In this document: one piece after another, positions 19,148-27,423 of the stretch
Layout: the number at the start of each line of letters is the position of its first letter
How positions within the stretch are numbered: position 1 is the first letter of the stretch
From: a virus
Lineage: Duplodnaviria; Caudoviricetes
Virus record (IMG/VR): IMGVR_UViG_3300035181_002389
Span: 1-54,668 of that record
DNA: 54,668 bases
Direction: 5' to 3' (one strand)
Position numbers and translations under genes: made by a program
Notes under the pieces: generated by a model
Seen by the model: only the letters and a program-made list of their open reading frames with translations
Database searches by the model: none
Told to the model about the DNA's origin: nothing

Positions 19148-19429
19148 TTACCATTCCCAAATCCATCCATCATCATCGAAATCATCTTCAGAAAGCCAAT
19201 AATTCAGCTTATCGACCAATTGCTTTGCTTCATCACACGAAGTTACAATATCGATGTGCTCAATGCCATCTCCATAATCTCTGTTCAGAAATACCATGAA
19301 GTATTGGCCTACATCTTTCGAGGAGACCTCAAGCACTCCATTGTTAAATTTGAATGGGATAATGTCAGCTTTAGTGAAATCATGTCTGTCAAGTTTGTCT
19401 ATAATTGACAAGAATTTGTAATTGTCCAT
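19148..19429 (-). CDS. Tandem paralog family A, copy 1
   Basis: FLSIxxxLDRxDxxxAxxxxxKxxxGxLxV...G..FxVYL motif with an acidic W-containing tail. Confidence 0.8.
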   Translation of the reverse strand: MDNYKFLSIIDKLDRHDFTKADIIPFKFNNGVLEVSSKDVGQYFMVFLNRDYGDGIEHIDIVTSCDEAKQLVDKLNYWLSEDDFDDDGWIWEW

Positions 19430-19451
19430 GATTCAGTCCTTATTAGGAAGA

Positions 19452-19733
19452 TTATGAGTCCCATCCATCTTCAACGATATCTGCTTCAACCATCCATCTG
19501 GTCAGACTATATGCTAGATGCTTTGCTTCATCATAAGATGTTGTAGTGCCAATGCATTCAATGTCTTTTAGATAATTGTTAACCAGATACACCATGAAAA
19601 AATCCCCATCATTTTTCTTCATTGTGACTTTAAGCATACCATCGTCAAGTTTGTATGCGACGATGCCGGCTTTGACGTAATCATCGCGATCAAGCTTGAC
19701 AACGATCGACAAGAATTCATACTTAGTCATCAT
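19452..19733 (-). CDS. Tandem paralog family A, copy 2
   Basis: Same motif as copy 1. Confidence 0.8.
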   Translation of the reverse strand: MMTKYEFLSIVVKLDRDDYVKAGIVAYKLDDGMLKVTMKKNDGDFFMVYLVNNYLKDIECIGTTTSYDEAKHLAYSLTRWMVEADIVEDGWDS

Positions 19734-19765
19734 TAAGTCCTTTCATTGAATGAGGAACTAACTAG

Positions 19766-20038
19766 TTAGTTCCATCCATCATCATCGAAATCTTCATTGA
19801 ACATCCATTTGGTTAGATTATCGACTAGATGTTTCGCTTCCTTGTAAGATGTTACGGTCTCGATTGTTTCAATGCCTCCCACACGATCTTTGACTAGATA
19901 CACTAGGAAGAAATTCCCTTCATCTTTCGTTGAAACTTTAAGCATTCCGTCACTGAATTTAAATGGAATAAAGTCAGCCTCAGTATAATCACCTCGGTCG
20001 AGCCTGACAACGATCGACAAGAAATCGCACTTATTCAT
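19766..20038 (-). CDS. Tandem paralog family A, copy 3
   Basis: Same motif; start MNKCDF. Confidence 0.8.
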   Translation of the reverse strand: MNKCDFLSIVVRLDRGDYTEADFIPFKFSDGMLKVSTKDEGNFFLVYLVKDRVGGIETIETVTSYKEAKHLVDNLTKWMFNEDFDDDGWN

Positions 20039-20090
20039 ATTAATTCCTTTCATGAATTGTGTATGTTGTTATTAAATGTTCTTCTTTTCA

Positions 20091-20372
20091 TCAAAGCTCA
20101 AAGGACTCCTTCGTCAGATCCCAGTCATCTTCAGAAAGCCAATTGTCTAGATCATCGACCATTTGCCGCGCCTCATCATATGAAGTCATGGTGACAACAC
20201 ATTCAAGGCCACTTCCATCGCTTTTGATCAGGTAAACCATAAATTGCTCACCTTGATCTCTCGATGTGACCTTGAGTATCCCATCAATAAATTTGTATGG
20301 AATGATCTTGGCTTTGACGTAGTCAAATCTGTCGAGCCTGGCAATGATTGACAAAAAATCATTTTCAGTCAT
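20091..20372 (-). CDS. Tandem paralog family A, copy 4
   Basis: Same motif; start MTENDF. Confidence 0.8.
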   Translation of the reverse strand: MTENDFLSIIARLDRFDYVKAKIIPYKFIDGILKVTSRDQGEQFMVYLIKSDGSGLECVVTMTSYDEARQMVDDLDNWLSEDDWDLTKESFEL

Positions 20373-20402
20373 CGCGCGTTCCTTTCGCAAATACGGCCTA
20401 TG

Positions 20403-20660
20403 TTAGATCGCTACGTTCTCACCGCAAATGCGGCAATTGAGCTTTTCAGCGAGATTAAGAGCAGAATCATACGTTTCGAAAATCTCGACCCATTCAATAC
20501 TATTCTCTTCATCGCTCTTCACCAGATACACCAAGAAGTAGTGTCCTTCATCATTAGTGCAAAGCTTAACAACATCATCCTCAAGCTTGATGGCGGCAAC
20601 GTCTGCCTCAACATAATCATTGAAGTTGATATCTTCGATGTACATAAAACGAGTGCTCAT
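20403..20660 (-). CDS. Tandem paralog family A, copy 5 (divergent)
   Basis: DYVEADVAAIKLEDDVVKL...DEGHYFLVYLVKSD...TYDSA aligns to the family. Confidence 0.75.
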   Translation of the reverse strand: MSTRFMYIEDINFNDYVEADVAAIKLEDDVVKLCTNDEGHYFLVYLVKSDEENSIEWVEIFETYDSALNLAEKLNCRICGENVAI

Positions 20661-20670
20661 AATTTACCTT

Positions 20671-20877
20671 TCAGATGACAAATTTGCTTGCGTACTTCTT
20701 CGCTTCATCGAGTGTTCTAAAGTAAGCTGAGTCGCAGAGACGACCATTTTTCATGATGATCACGCTGAATGCATCTGCTTCTTCATCAGATACATATTGA
20801 CCAGTCTTTTTGATGTATCCACGGATTTCGACGTTGATCACGTCTGTAGATGATTTTGATTTATCAATGTTTGCCAT
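20671..20877 (-). CDS. Hypothetical protein
   Basis: Probable start MANIDK; ends RTLDEAKKYA. Confidence 0.5.
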   Translation of the reverse strand: MANIDKSKSSTDVINVEIRGYIKKTGQYVSDEEADAFSVIIMKNGRLCDSAYFRTLDEAKKYASKFVI

Positions 20878-21094
20878 GACGTTTCCCAGGAAGAGTTTCA
20901 GTGATTTCGATTTCAATGATCTTAAAGATATTGCGGCATGCTACAGTATTCAGCATGTTCGCAAGTCGCGACGCATCGGCTCGACGTTTATACATGCGTG
21001 CGTATTTGAACTGTGAGGTATAGAAAACTTGTTTTTTGACGATATCAGAGACATATTTTTCAGGACGGGTGTTCTTGATAGCAAACATTTTCAT
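20864..21094 (-). CDS. Basic hypothetical protein
   Basis: Start MKMFAIK with AGGA RBS. Confidence 0.5.
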   Translation of the reverse strand: MKMFAIKNTRPEKYVSDIVKKQVFYTSQFKYARMYKRRADASRLANMLNTVACRNIFKIIEIEITETLPGKRHGKH

Positions 21095-21137
21095 AATGAT
21101 TTTCCTGAGCGATTGCAAGAAATGCGAAATCTAATCA

Positions 21138-21395
21138 TTATTGAGATTGATTCCGCTTTGCTTTGCTGACAGGCAAGGCAGCGAGAAGAGATTTATTGAC
21201 AGTATCAGCGATATTAAAGATCGTTTTCATTTCGTCAGTGATTTCATCGAGTTGCAAGATTTCTTCACGGAAATTTCCAGTTGATGAAACGATGTACACG
21301 TTGACGATTTTATTATACCAGCCGCTACCATCGCAAATCTCAGGGACGATAGCAATGATGCGCTCGTTGAACGCAAGTTCAATGGTGCGGATCAT
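21138..21395 (-). CDS. Hypothetical protein
   Basis: Start MIRTIE with AAGGA RBS, after the promoter at 21436. Confidence 0.6.
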   Translation of the reverse strand: MIRTIELAFNERIIAIVPEICDGSGWYNKIVNVYIVSSTGNFREEILQLDEITDEMKTIFNIADTVNKSLLAALPVSKAKRNQSQ

Positions 21396-21435
21396 GATGA
21401 AGTTCCTTTTTAATGTGTCCATTGTTAATGGAGTA

Positions 21436-21465
21436 ATTATATCATAACCCGCGATCATTGTAAAC
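21436..21465 (-). promoter_or_regulatory. Early promoter GTTTACA-17-TATAAT (T4 early type)
   Basis: -10 at 21436-21441, -35 at 21459-21464. Confidence 0.7.
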
Positions 21466-21501
21466 AATTTTGCAAGCTATAAGTGATTATTTTTATACTG
21501 T

Positions 21502-21807
21502 CTAGACTTTACCAATTTGGTCGTGGATCGCGTCAATGTAAAACTGCTGTTTATCAACAGGCAGGCGTGAAATCAATTCTGCTACAAGCGCCTTAAGGTA
21601 CCATGTAGCAGGGGTCTTTGTTATTGCAGTATCGATGTAGAACTGACGATCTTCTTCATTAGGGATCTTGAGAATCAGCTCATCAGCGAGAGCTCCCATG
21701 TAATTAGCAGCAGGCGCAAAAGAATGGTGCTTTTCAAGAGACATACGGATCAGAACACCCAACTCATCAAGGATTTGTGAATACACATCTGTTTCGACGA
21801 TGCTCAT
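21502..21807 (-). CDS. Helical paralog family B, copy 1 (internally duplicated motif)
   Basis: LxxLxAELIxxLP...QxYIDxI motif occurs twice; AGGAG RBS. Confidence 0.75.
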   Translation of the reverse strand: MSIVETDVYSQILDELGVLIRMSLEKHHSFAPAANYMGALADELILKIPNEEDRQFYIDTAITKTPATWYLKALVAELISRLPVDKQQFYIDAIHDQIGKV

Positions 21808-21838
21808 TTTTAAGCTCCTTTTTGTTGTCGGTATTTCT

Positions 21839-21867
21839 ATTATACACAATTCTCGATTTATTGTCAA
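21839..21867 (-). promoter_or_regulatory. Consensus sigma70 promoter TTGACA-17-TATAAT
   Basis: -10 at 21839-21844, -35 at 21862-21867. Confidence 0.8.
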
Positions 21868-21901
21868 CAACCTTACAACAAACAAAATCATTTTCCACTG
21901 T

Positions 21902-22093
21902 CTAGATCTTGCCGATTTGACTACGGATCTCGTCGATGTAATACTGACGCTTTTCAACAGGAAGATCAGCGATCAATTCCGCTGTAAGTACTTCAAGGTA
22001 CCCGGCTACTTTAGAAAAAGACTTATTCTTCTCGAATGAAGTATCGACTAGTTTGATCAGCTCATCACGAGCTTTCATGTAAACATTGTTCAT
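21902..22093 (-). CDS. Helical paralog family B, copy 2
   Basis: RDELIKLVD...AELIADLPVEKRQYYIDEIRSQ. Confidence 0.75.
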   Translation of the reverse strand: MNNVYMKARDELIKLVDTSFEKNKSFSKVAGYLEVLTAELIADLPVEKRQYYIDEIRSQIGKI

Positions 22094-22105
22094 TGCGCCA
22101 ATCAA

Positions 22106-22267
22106 TCAGTAAGATTTCATTGCGGCTACGCCCCAAGCCATGATGATAGTCCCGAAGAAGGCAATCAAGGTGGTAGAAGCCAAAGATACAAAAGGATCTA
22201 TGTCGATGGTGCCAACAGCGCCCATAGCGATCAAGAATCCAACCATCATCCGAATCGTACCTTTCAT
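22106..22267 (-). CDS. 53-aa two-TM membrane peptide, copy 3
   Basis: MKGTIRMMVGFLIAMGAVGTIDIDPFVSLASTTLIAFFGTIIMAWGVAAMKSY. Confidence 0.7.
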   Translation of the reverse strand: MKGTIRMMVGFLIAMGAVGTIDIDPFVSLASTTLIAFFGTIIMAWGVAAMKSY

Positions 22268-22349
22268 GATGCTACTTTCCAATATTTCAATTATTTCTTG
22301 AGTACATTATTTTATAACATAAGTACTTGCAAAATACCAAGTAACTATA

Positions 22350-22550
22350 CTAGTTAAAGGTAATGTACTCTAATTGGGTACGGATCCTGTCAATATAAAT
22401 CTGTTGCTGATCTTCCGGAAGATCAGCAATCAACTCGGCAACAAGCCCTTTTAAGAAGAGAACTGAAGGTAAGTAATCACTCGTTGCATCAATCAGCTTG
22501 GTCAGCTCGTCGCGAACTTGCAAATACGAAAATTTTTCTATGTTATTCAT
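22350..22550 (-). CDS. Helical paralog family B, copy 3
   Basis: RDELTKLID...AELIADLPEDQQQIYIDRIRTQ; promoter at 22581-22610. Confidence 0.75.
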   Translation of the reverse strand: MNNIEKFSYLQVRDELTKLIDATSDYLPSVLFLKGLVAELIADLPEDQQQIYIDRIRTQLEYITFN

Positions 22551-22586
22551 TTCATATATCTCCTATTGTTGTTTTGATATATTATA

Positions 22587-23142
22587 TCACAAATTCCGCA
22601 ACCATATCAAACAACCATATGACGAGTAGAGGTACTCGTCATTGTTTACTGTTAGGTTCCTTGATGCAGAAAAAGGAATTTCCTTCAGAAGGTTAATCAA
22701 CCAAGTCTTTATACAACGAGCGCCTTCTCTTGATGCATTGAGATAATCGAGATAGTACTCTTTTTCAATTTTTTCATGTAAAAATGGGCTTCGCTTAACA
22801 TTATACAAACACCGCTCATAATCTCTTTTTAGCGTCTCGGTCAGTTTGTACAACCCAATGGCAACCTCTTCATGTGAAGTGCGATAGTAACCTTCGGGTT
22901 TCTCAATAACGAAACGTTTACCATTGATGTTTTGAAACTTAACAAGAACATCACAATTGACGATCGAGCACGTTCTTAAGCTCATGTCAATTCCATCAAA
23001 TGTGCGGGCGAGCCAGTTAAATGCGTCCTCATTGCTATTAGCATGAATTTTCAAAAGTATATGAATTATGCCCAACTAAATTCTTCATCTTAGGGCCGAG
23101 AGGGTTGTGCAGCTTAATTCTAAACGTTTTGTGGTTCATCAT
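22587..23142 (-). pseudogene. Family C (FEIHA/PEGYYR) copy with a +1 frameshift
   Basis: MMNHKTFRIKLHNPLGPKMKNLVGHNSYTFE from 23142 matches the N-terminus of 29581-30132. An extra base in the run at 23048-23051 shifts the frame before IHANS. Confidence 0.75.
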
Positions 23143-23234
23143 TTTCGCCCGCACTTTCATGAATTCTATAATTTCAATTTTTAACACACCAAATTTTGAT
23201 TAGATACTTTTACGTGATGTCTCCTTTTACTGTT

Positions 23235-23498
23235 TTATACAGCCTCATAGGTTGCCTCAAAAATGTCCGGTTTGCACGGATAAAACTCACCCTTCACGCC
23301 ACGGATGATCCAGTCTCCAGGCGTTACTTCGTGCGGACCTTCCAATGTGCCAATGCGCCACGTCAACACTGTGTCATTGTAGATCGTTGCATCTACCGTC
23401 GTTACACCAAACTCAGTTTCCATTTTTATCTTTGATTCAAGTGTCCCATCAAACTGGTGCGCTTCAATCACTACCGGTTTCTTCCTAAATTTAGCCAT
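23235..23498 (-). CDS. Conserved phage protein of the KKPVVIEA/PGDYG-like family, copy 1
   Basis: MAKFRKKPVVIEA...TLEG...PGDWIIRGVKGEFYPCKPDIFEATYE. Confidence 0.85.
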   Translation of the reverse strand: MAKFRKKPVVIEAHQFDGTLESKIKMETEFGVTTVDATIYNDTVLTWRIGTLEGPHEVTPGDWIIRGVKGEFYPCKPDIFEATYEAV

Positions 23499-23558
23499 AT
23501 GAGCGATTGCCACGTTGGGTTATACCAGAAGTATATCGCATGTCATGTCCTTTCTAAT

Positions 23559-23987
23559 TCAGATGACGCATTCAAAGAATGCTGGGCGGTCAATGCAGTC
23601 TATGCAATTTCTGCGTTCGAAGCAGTTTTCGCACCGAATGCAATCATCACTCCCAGAGCAGTGCTTGCAACTGATGCAATCGACGCAGTATTCGCAAATT
23701 ATACAATCTGTACACCTATCGCAGACTTTGCACTCAAAGCAGTTGACGCAACTGTCACATTTCTTGCTGCCCTTGCAGTTGACGCATCTGTTGCATTGAG
23801 TGCAATCGGTGCAACCTACACAATCAAAGCAACACTCGCAGTTTACACAGTTGACACAATTAACACAGTTGACACAATTGATGCAGCCTGCATCATCAAG
23901 AGCTTTGACAATTGCATCGGCTTCGGCTTGTGACTTGTAGCTGACCGCTGTGTTCCCTTTTGGTGAGGTGCTGGTGAAGAATTTCAT
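23559..23987 (-). CDS. Cys-rich CxxCxx repeat protein, copy 1
   Basis: N-cap SPKGNxxxSYxSQxEAD...LDDAGC followed by Cys every third residue; AGGAG RBS directly after the tRNA. Confidence 0.8.
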   Translation of the reverse strand: MKFFTSTSPKGNTAVSYKSQAEADAIVKALDDAGCINCVNCVNCVNCVNCECCFDCVGCTDCTQCNRCVNCKGSKKCDSCVNCFECKVCDRCTDCIICEYCVDCISCKHCSGSDDCIRCENCFERRNCIDCIDRPAFFECVI

Positions 23988-24005
23988 TTGAATCTCCTTT
24001 GTCGT

Positions 24006-24081
24006 TGGTTCCACCTACAGGATTCGAACCTGCAATCTGTCACTTATAAGGCAACTGCTCTACCAATTGAGCTAAGGTGGC
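24006..24081 (-). tRNA. tRNA-Ile(UAU)
   Basis: 76-nt cloverleaf GCCACCTTAGCTCAATTGGTAGAGC...CTTATAA...GGTTCGAATCC...GGTGGAACCA; encoded CCA; G1-A72 mismatch; two G-U pairs in the anticodon stem. Confidence 0.85.
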
Positions 24082-24092
24082 AATGAAATCAG

Positions 24093-24257
24093 TTAGTTAG
24101 CTCGAAGCGCGTCAACTTCTCGGTCAAGAGAACTGTATGAGTATAAAGAAGTATCGCCGTAATTGTCACCTTTTATGAGAACAAGACAAGCGATATTCCC
24201 ATCACAAAGGAACCGATAATGGGCGGAATCTTCTTCAGTCTTGTAATCAAGTTCAAT
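24093..24257 (-). pseudogene. DxxRYxFL family copy with ATT (mutated or non-canonical) start
   Basis: IELDYKTEEDSAHYRFLCDGNIACL...SLDREVD aligns to 29228-29563; GGAG lies 8 nt before the ATT. Confidence 0.55.
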
Positions 24258-24285
24258 GCTATATTCTCCAAAGAGTTCGATGCAG

Positions 24286-24561
24286 TTAAAATCGCTCGCT
24301 CAAGATTGCGTAAAGGCGCGTGTTGCCATTGACATCGACGAGGTCACCAGTCTTCTTCGAGCGGTAAACTATCGCGTCACCTTCGAAAGCCTCGTCACGA
24401 AGCTCGCAGTTTAAGAAGAACTTAATTTTGCTGTAGTCGGTGATACCAGCAGCTTCGATTGCTGATTTAACCGTGTGCTTGACGCTCTTGCCAGCAGGGA
24501 TGACTGCGAGGAGGTCTTGATCGTTCATCACCACTACGTAGAGCGGTTCGCTTTTCTTCAT
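24286..24561 (-). CDS. Hypothetical protein
   Basis: AGGAG RBS; first gene after a consensus promoter. Confidence 0.7.
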   Translation of the reverse strand: MKKSEPLYVVVMNDQDLLAVIPAGKSVKHTVKSAIEAAGITDYSKIKFFLNCELRDEAFEGDAIVYRSKKTGDLVDVNGNTRLYAILSERF

Positions 24562-24591
24562 GATGCTACTCCTGTTTGCGTTGTCGAGTAT

Positions 24592-24620
24592 ATTATATCA
24601 CAATCTGCAGCAGATGTCAA
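24592..24620 (-). promoter_or_regulatory. Consensus sigma70 promoter TTGACA-17-TATAAT with extended TG
   Basis: -10 at 24592-24597, -35 at 24615-24620. Confidence 0.8.
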
Positions 24621-24641
24621 GCAACCTTACAGGTTGTAGAG

Positions 24642-24920
24642 TTATTCAACAGTGCGATGCGAGACGCGGACCAGACAGCTGCCCTTAGTGCATTCTACAC
24701 ACTCGATACAGTAGTTGCAGGCGATGCAGTGCTTGCAATTTGCGCAGCCTTTGCATCCGTAGCAGTCGTTGCAGTCAGAACAGTTGTAGCATTCAACACA
24801 ATTGATGCAGTTGGTGCAACCTGAAGCGTCAAGCATTGCACATCATTCTTCAGCTTCGGTTTGACTTCGTTCACTCCAAGAGCTGTTGCCTTTGGATGAT
24901 ACACTTGAAACATATCGCAT
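24642..24920 (-). pseudogene. Cys-rich repeat protein copy 2 with an in-frame TGA
   Basis: MRYVSSVSSKGNSSWSERSQTEAEE*CAMLDASGC; the TGA at 24843-24845 aligns with Arg in two paralogs. Confidence 0.75.
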
Positions 24921-24938
24921 GATGAGTATCCCTTTGAA

Positions 24939-25262
24939 TCAATTTCGAATGTATTGATAAAGATAAGCATCCCTTTCAATCTCACGCAACAGAGCAATGA
25001 ACTCGCCAACTTCGTTTGCAGGAACTCCTAAGAAAAACCCAAAAATTTCCGAATCTGAATCTGACCAGGGTTGACGCTTGCCGTCAATCTCTCGATCAAG
25101 GTCTTTACCTTTGAGATCTTCAAATCCTGAGAAATCAAATCCTCGATTTCGAAGCCAGCGATAACGAGCAGCATCTGCTTCAGTATTACGAATGCGGTTT
25201 ACCAGCTCTTCGATTTCGACAGTAGAATTTTGATTAGAACAAGATGTGTTGAACATGACCAT
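24939..25262 (-). CDS. DAARYRWLR-motif phage protein
   Basis: EADAARYRWLR...DLDREID is shared with 29228-29563. Confidence 0.65.
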   Translation of the reverse strand: MVMFNTSCSNQNSTVEIEELVNRIRNTEADAARYRWLRNRGFDFSGFEDLKGKDLDREIDGKRQPWSDSDSEIFGFFLGVPANEVGEFIALLREIERDAYLYQYIRN

Positions 25263-25400
25263 TTTAGACCACCTTGAGAACTTTAATATCAGTGAGTGAT
25301 GTCATATAAAGCAAAAATGGCGATTGCAATGTAAATGACAGCTACGACGATATCAGAGAAAGTAAACATGATATTTCCTATTCGCAAATCGCAAATGTTT

Positions 25401-25476
25401 TGGCTCCCCAACCTGGGCTCGAACCAGGGACCTGCGGATTAACAGTCCGACGCTCTACCGACTGAGCTATTGGGGA
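25401..25476 (-). tRNA. tRNA-Asn(GUU)
   Basis: TCCCCAATAGCTCAGTCGGTAGAGC...CTGTTAA...GGTTCGAGCCC...TTGGGGAGCCA, a canonical 76-nt tRNA. Confidence 0.95.
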
Positions 25477-25483
25477 ATGTGAG

Positions 25484-25930
25484 TTAAAGTTTCGTATTTA
25501 TCACCTCGCACACTACATCGAAATCATCGACGTTAAGATCACACGCAATGAACACGAGGGGCTTTCCTGGAGTGTTGTTGCGTGCGTAAGCTGCATGAGG
25601 CATCTTGTTGTTGAGGACAAATACTGAGCCATCGGCAAGATTGCCTACACGCTTCCAGTCCTTTTCGTATAGCACATGATCGCCAGAAAGCACGACGCCT
25701 AGAGTTATGTCGAATGGCACACTGTCGTCTGTATGTTCGCTTACGCCTAACGAAGCGTAGAGACCAGCGTTGTATGACTCAGGGTGCAGCTGTAGTATCA
25801 CGTTGAGAAGCGAATGCGAAATAGGCGCAGGTACAATATCATCAAATTTTGCCTCATTCATCAGACGAGACAGGACCTTCGGATCGACTTTAGGCAGACT
25901 CAGTTCAGCGTCAAATACAATTGCGTTCAT
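25484..25930 (-). CDS. Putative 2OG-Fe(II) oxygenase/cupin-fold protein
   Basis: VSEHTD (HxD) and a distal FVLNNKMPHAA His. Confidence 0.55.
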   Translation of the reverse strand: MNAIVFDAELSLPKVDPKVLSRLMNEAKFDDIVPAPISHSLLNVILQLHPESYNAGLYASLGVSEHTDDSVPFDITLGVVLSGDHVLYEKDWKRVGNLADGSVFVLNNKMPHAAYARNNTPGKPLVFIACDLNVDDFDVVCEVINTKL

Positions 25931-25943
25931 ATGCTCAACGGAC

Positions 25944-26477
25944 TTAGATGCTCACGGAAATGCTTTGCTGCAATGTCAAGTACTCTTTCATCAGGTTTGA
26001 CATCCATGTTGAAGCAAGTTTAGCCGCTTCCTTTGCTACATTGATACGCTCGAGATAATATTCAAGCTTGAATTTCTCGTACATCTGCGAAGAATATTCG
26101 GCAATGTTCAAGCACTCATTATAATCATGATTAATCGTGTTGAATAGTTTGAACAGCCCGCTAACAATTTCCTTCGGTGTGCGACGAAAATATCCCTCAG
26201 GTGTTTCAACAGGAACACGCTTTCCATTTACGAACCCATACTTCTTGAGCTCATCACAATCGATGATATGAACAGGGTCTGCGCAACCGACCTTATATTC
26301 CCTGACTGATTTGGAATAGACATCAATGCCCGGGAATACACGCTCAACCCACTTCGCAGCTTCCTGAAGATCAGATGCATGGATGTTGAAGGAATACATA
26401 TCCTTCGACACAAGACTCCATGTCTCAGAGCCGTAGGGATGGAAAAGCATGACATGAAACGTTTTCGAACTTATCAT
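25944..26477 (-). CDS. Family C (FxIHA/PEGY) protein
   Basis: Probable start MISSKTFHV; paralog of 29581-30132 and 22587-23142. Confidence 0.75.
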   Translation of the reverse strand: MISSKTFHVMLFHPYGSETWSLVSKDMYSFNIHASDLQEAAKWVERVFPGIDVYSKSVREYKVGCADPVHIIDCDELKKYGFVNGKRVPVETPEGYFRRTPKEIVSGLFKLFNTINHDYNECLNIAEYSSQMYEKFKLEYYLERINVAKEAAKLASTWMSNLMKEYLTLQQSISVSI

Positions 26478-26599
26478 CTTTACACTCGCTTCTAAAAGTT
26501 TCTGAATCGCCATCATGAAACAACTAGTAGAAAATGGTACCTTTCACAAGATGTTATTCCATGATCTGTCCTTTTTCCATTATTCTTGTTGTTGGGTAT

Positions 26600-26652
26600 A
26601 TTATATCATGATCTGGTATCGTTGCCAATAACCTACAAGTTAAATGTGTAAC
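26600..26652 (-). promoter_or_regulatory. Early promoter TTGGCA-17-TATAAT with upstream GTTACAC
   Basis: -10 at 26600-26605, -35 at 26623-26628, box at 26646-26652 (40 nt gap). Confidence 0.6.
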
Positions 26653-26654
26653 TT

Positions 26655-26729
26655 CTTGTATCCCTCAGGGATTAAACTGGCAATCTATAGCTTATATGTT
26701 GACTGCTCTAACAATTGAGCTAATGTGGC
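26655..26729 (-). pseudogene. Decayed tRNA-Ile(UAU) copy
   Basis: GCCACATTAGCTCAATTGTTAGAGCAGT...ATATAAG aligns to 29083-29158; the anticodon and T arms are broken. Confidence 0.7.
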
Positions 26730-26820
26730 ACACATGATAGCTATCATATTGCCATGATTATGGCACAGAAAATGTTAAGAATCACCCACAAAAAGTATGG
26801 TCTCTACCAGAGACAATCAA

Positions 26821-26964
26821 TTAGGTGAAGAGATGGAGACATATAAGGAAAACGCCAATCACATAAGCGATGATGAAGCACGGCGGGAAGAATGTCGAAG
26901 ATGGAAGAAGGATTAAAATTGCTGCAATGCCAATGTAGGTAATCGTGTCTCTAATTTTAACCAT
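26821..26964 (-). CDS. 47-aa hydrophobic peptide
   Basis: MVKIRDTITYIGIAAILILLPSSTFFPPCFIIAYVIGVFLICLHLFT; AAGGA RBS; -10 at 27003-27008. Confidence 0.5.
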   Translation of the reverse strand: MVKIRDTITYIGIAAILILLPSSTFFPPCFIIAYVIGVFLICLHLFT

Positions 26965-27136
26965 ATTTTCAATCCTTCGGTATTTCCGTTGCTATTGTGT
27001 AAATTATATCATAATTTGGCGTCTTTGCCGATAAGACAGCTTATAGTGTAACCAGACAATTATATTACATCTTGTCATTGTAACTCTTGTTCATCATTTA
27101 AGATGAAAGTTTTGACAATGCTGACTGCATCAAAAG

Positions 27137-27400
27137 CTATACCGCCTCATAGGTCGCCTCGAAAATGTCTGGTTTACAAGGGTAGAATTCACCCTTGACA
27201 CCACGGATGATCCAGCCCCCGGGCGATACTTCGTGCAGGCCTTCTAGTGTGCCAATCTGCCATGTAATCAGCTTGCCATAACAGATTTTTACATCAACAG
27301 TCGGAACCCCAAATTCAGTTTCCAGTTTCTTCTTTGATTCAAATGTCCCATCAAACTGGTGTGCTTCAATCACTACCGGCTTCTTCCTAAATTTTGCCAT
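27137..27400 (-). CDS. KKPVVIEA/PGDYG-like protein, copy 2
   Basis: N- and C-termini nearly identical to 23235-23498; GGAGG RBS. Confidence 0.85.
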   Translation of the reverse strand: MAKFRKKPVVIEAHQFDGTFESKKKLETEFGVPTVDVKICYGKLITWQIGTLEGLHEVSPGGWIIRGVKGEFYPCKPDIFEATYEAV

Positions 27401-27423
27401 ATTATCCTCCATGATAATCAAAC

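Noticed and set aside
23235-23498. Naming the KKPVVIEA protein as a known sponge (Acb2, Acb4, Tad1, Tad2)
   Set aside because: Its motifs do not match those families as I know them; left as an untested hypothesis.
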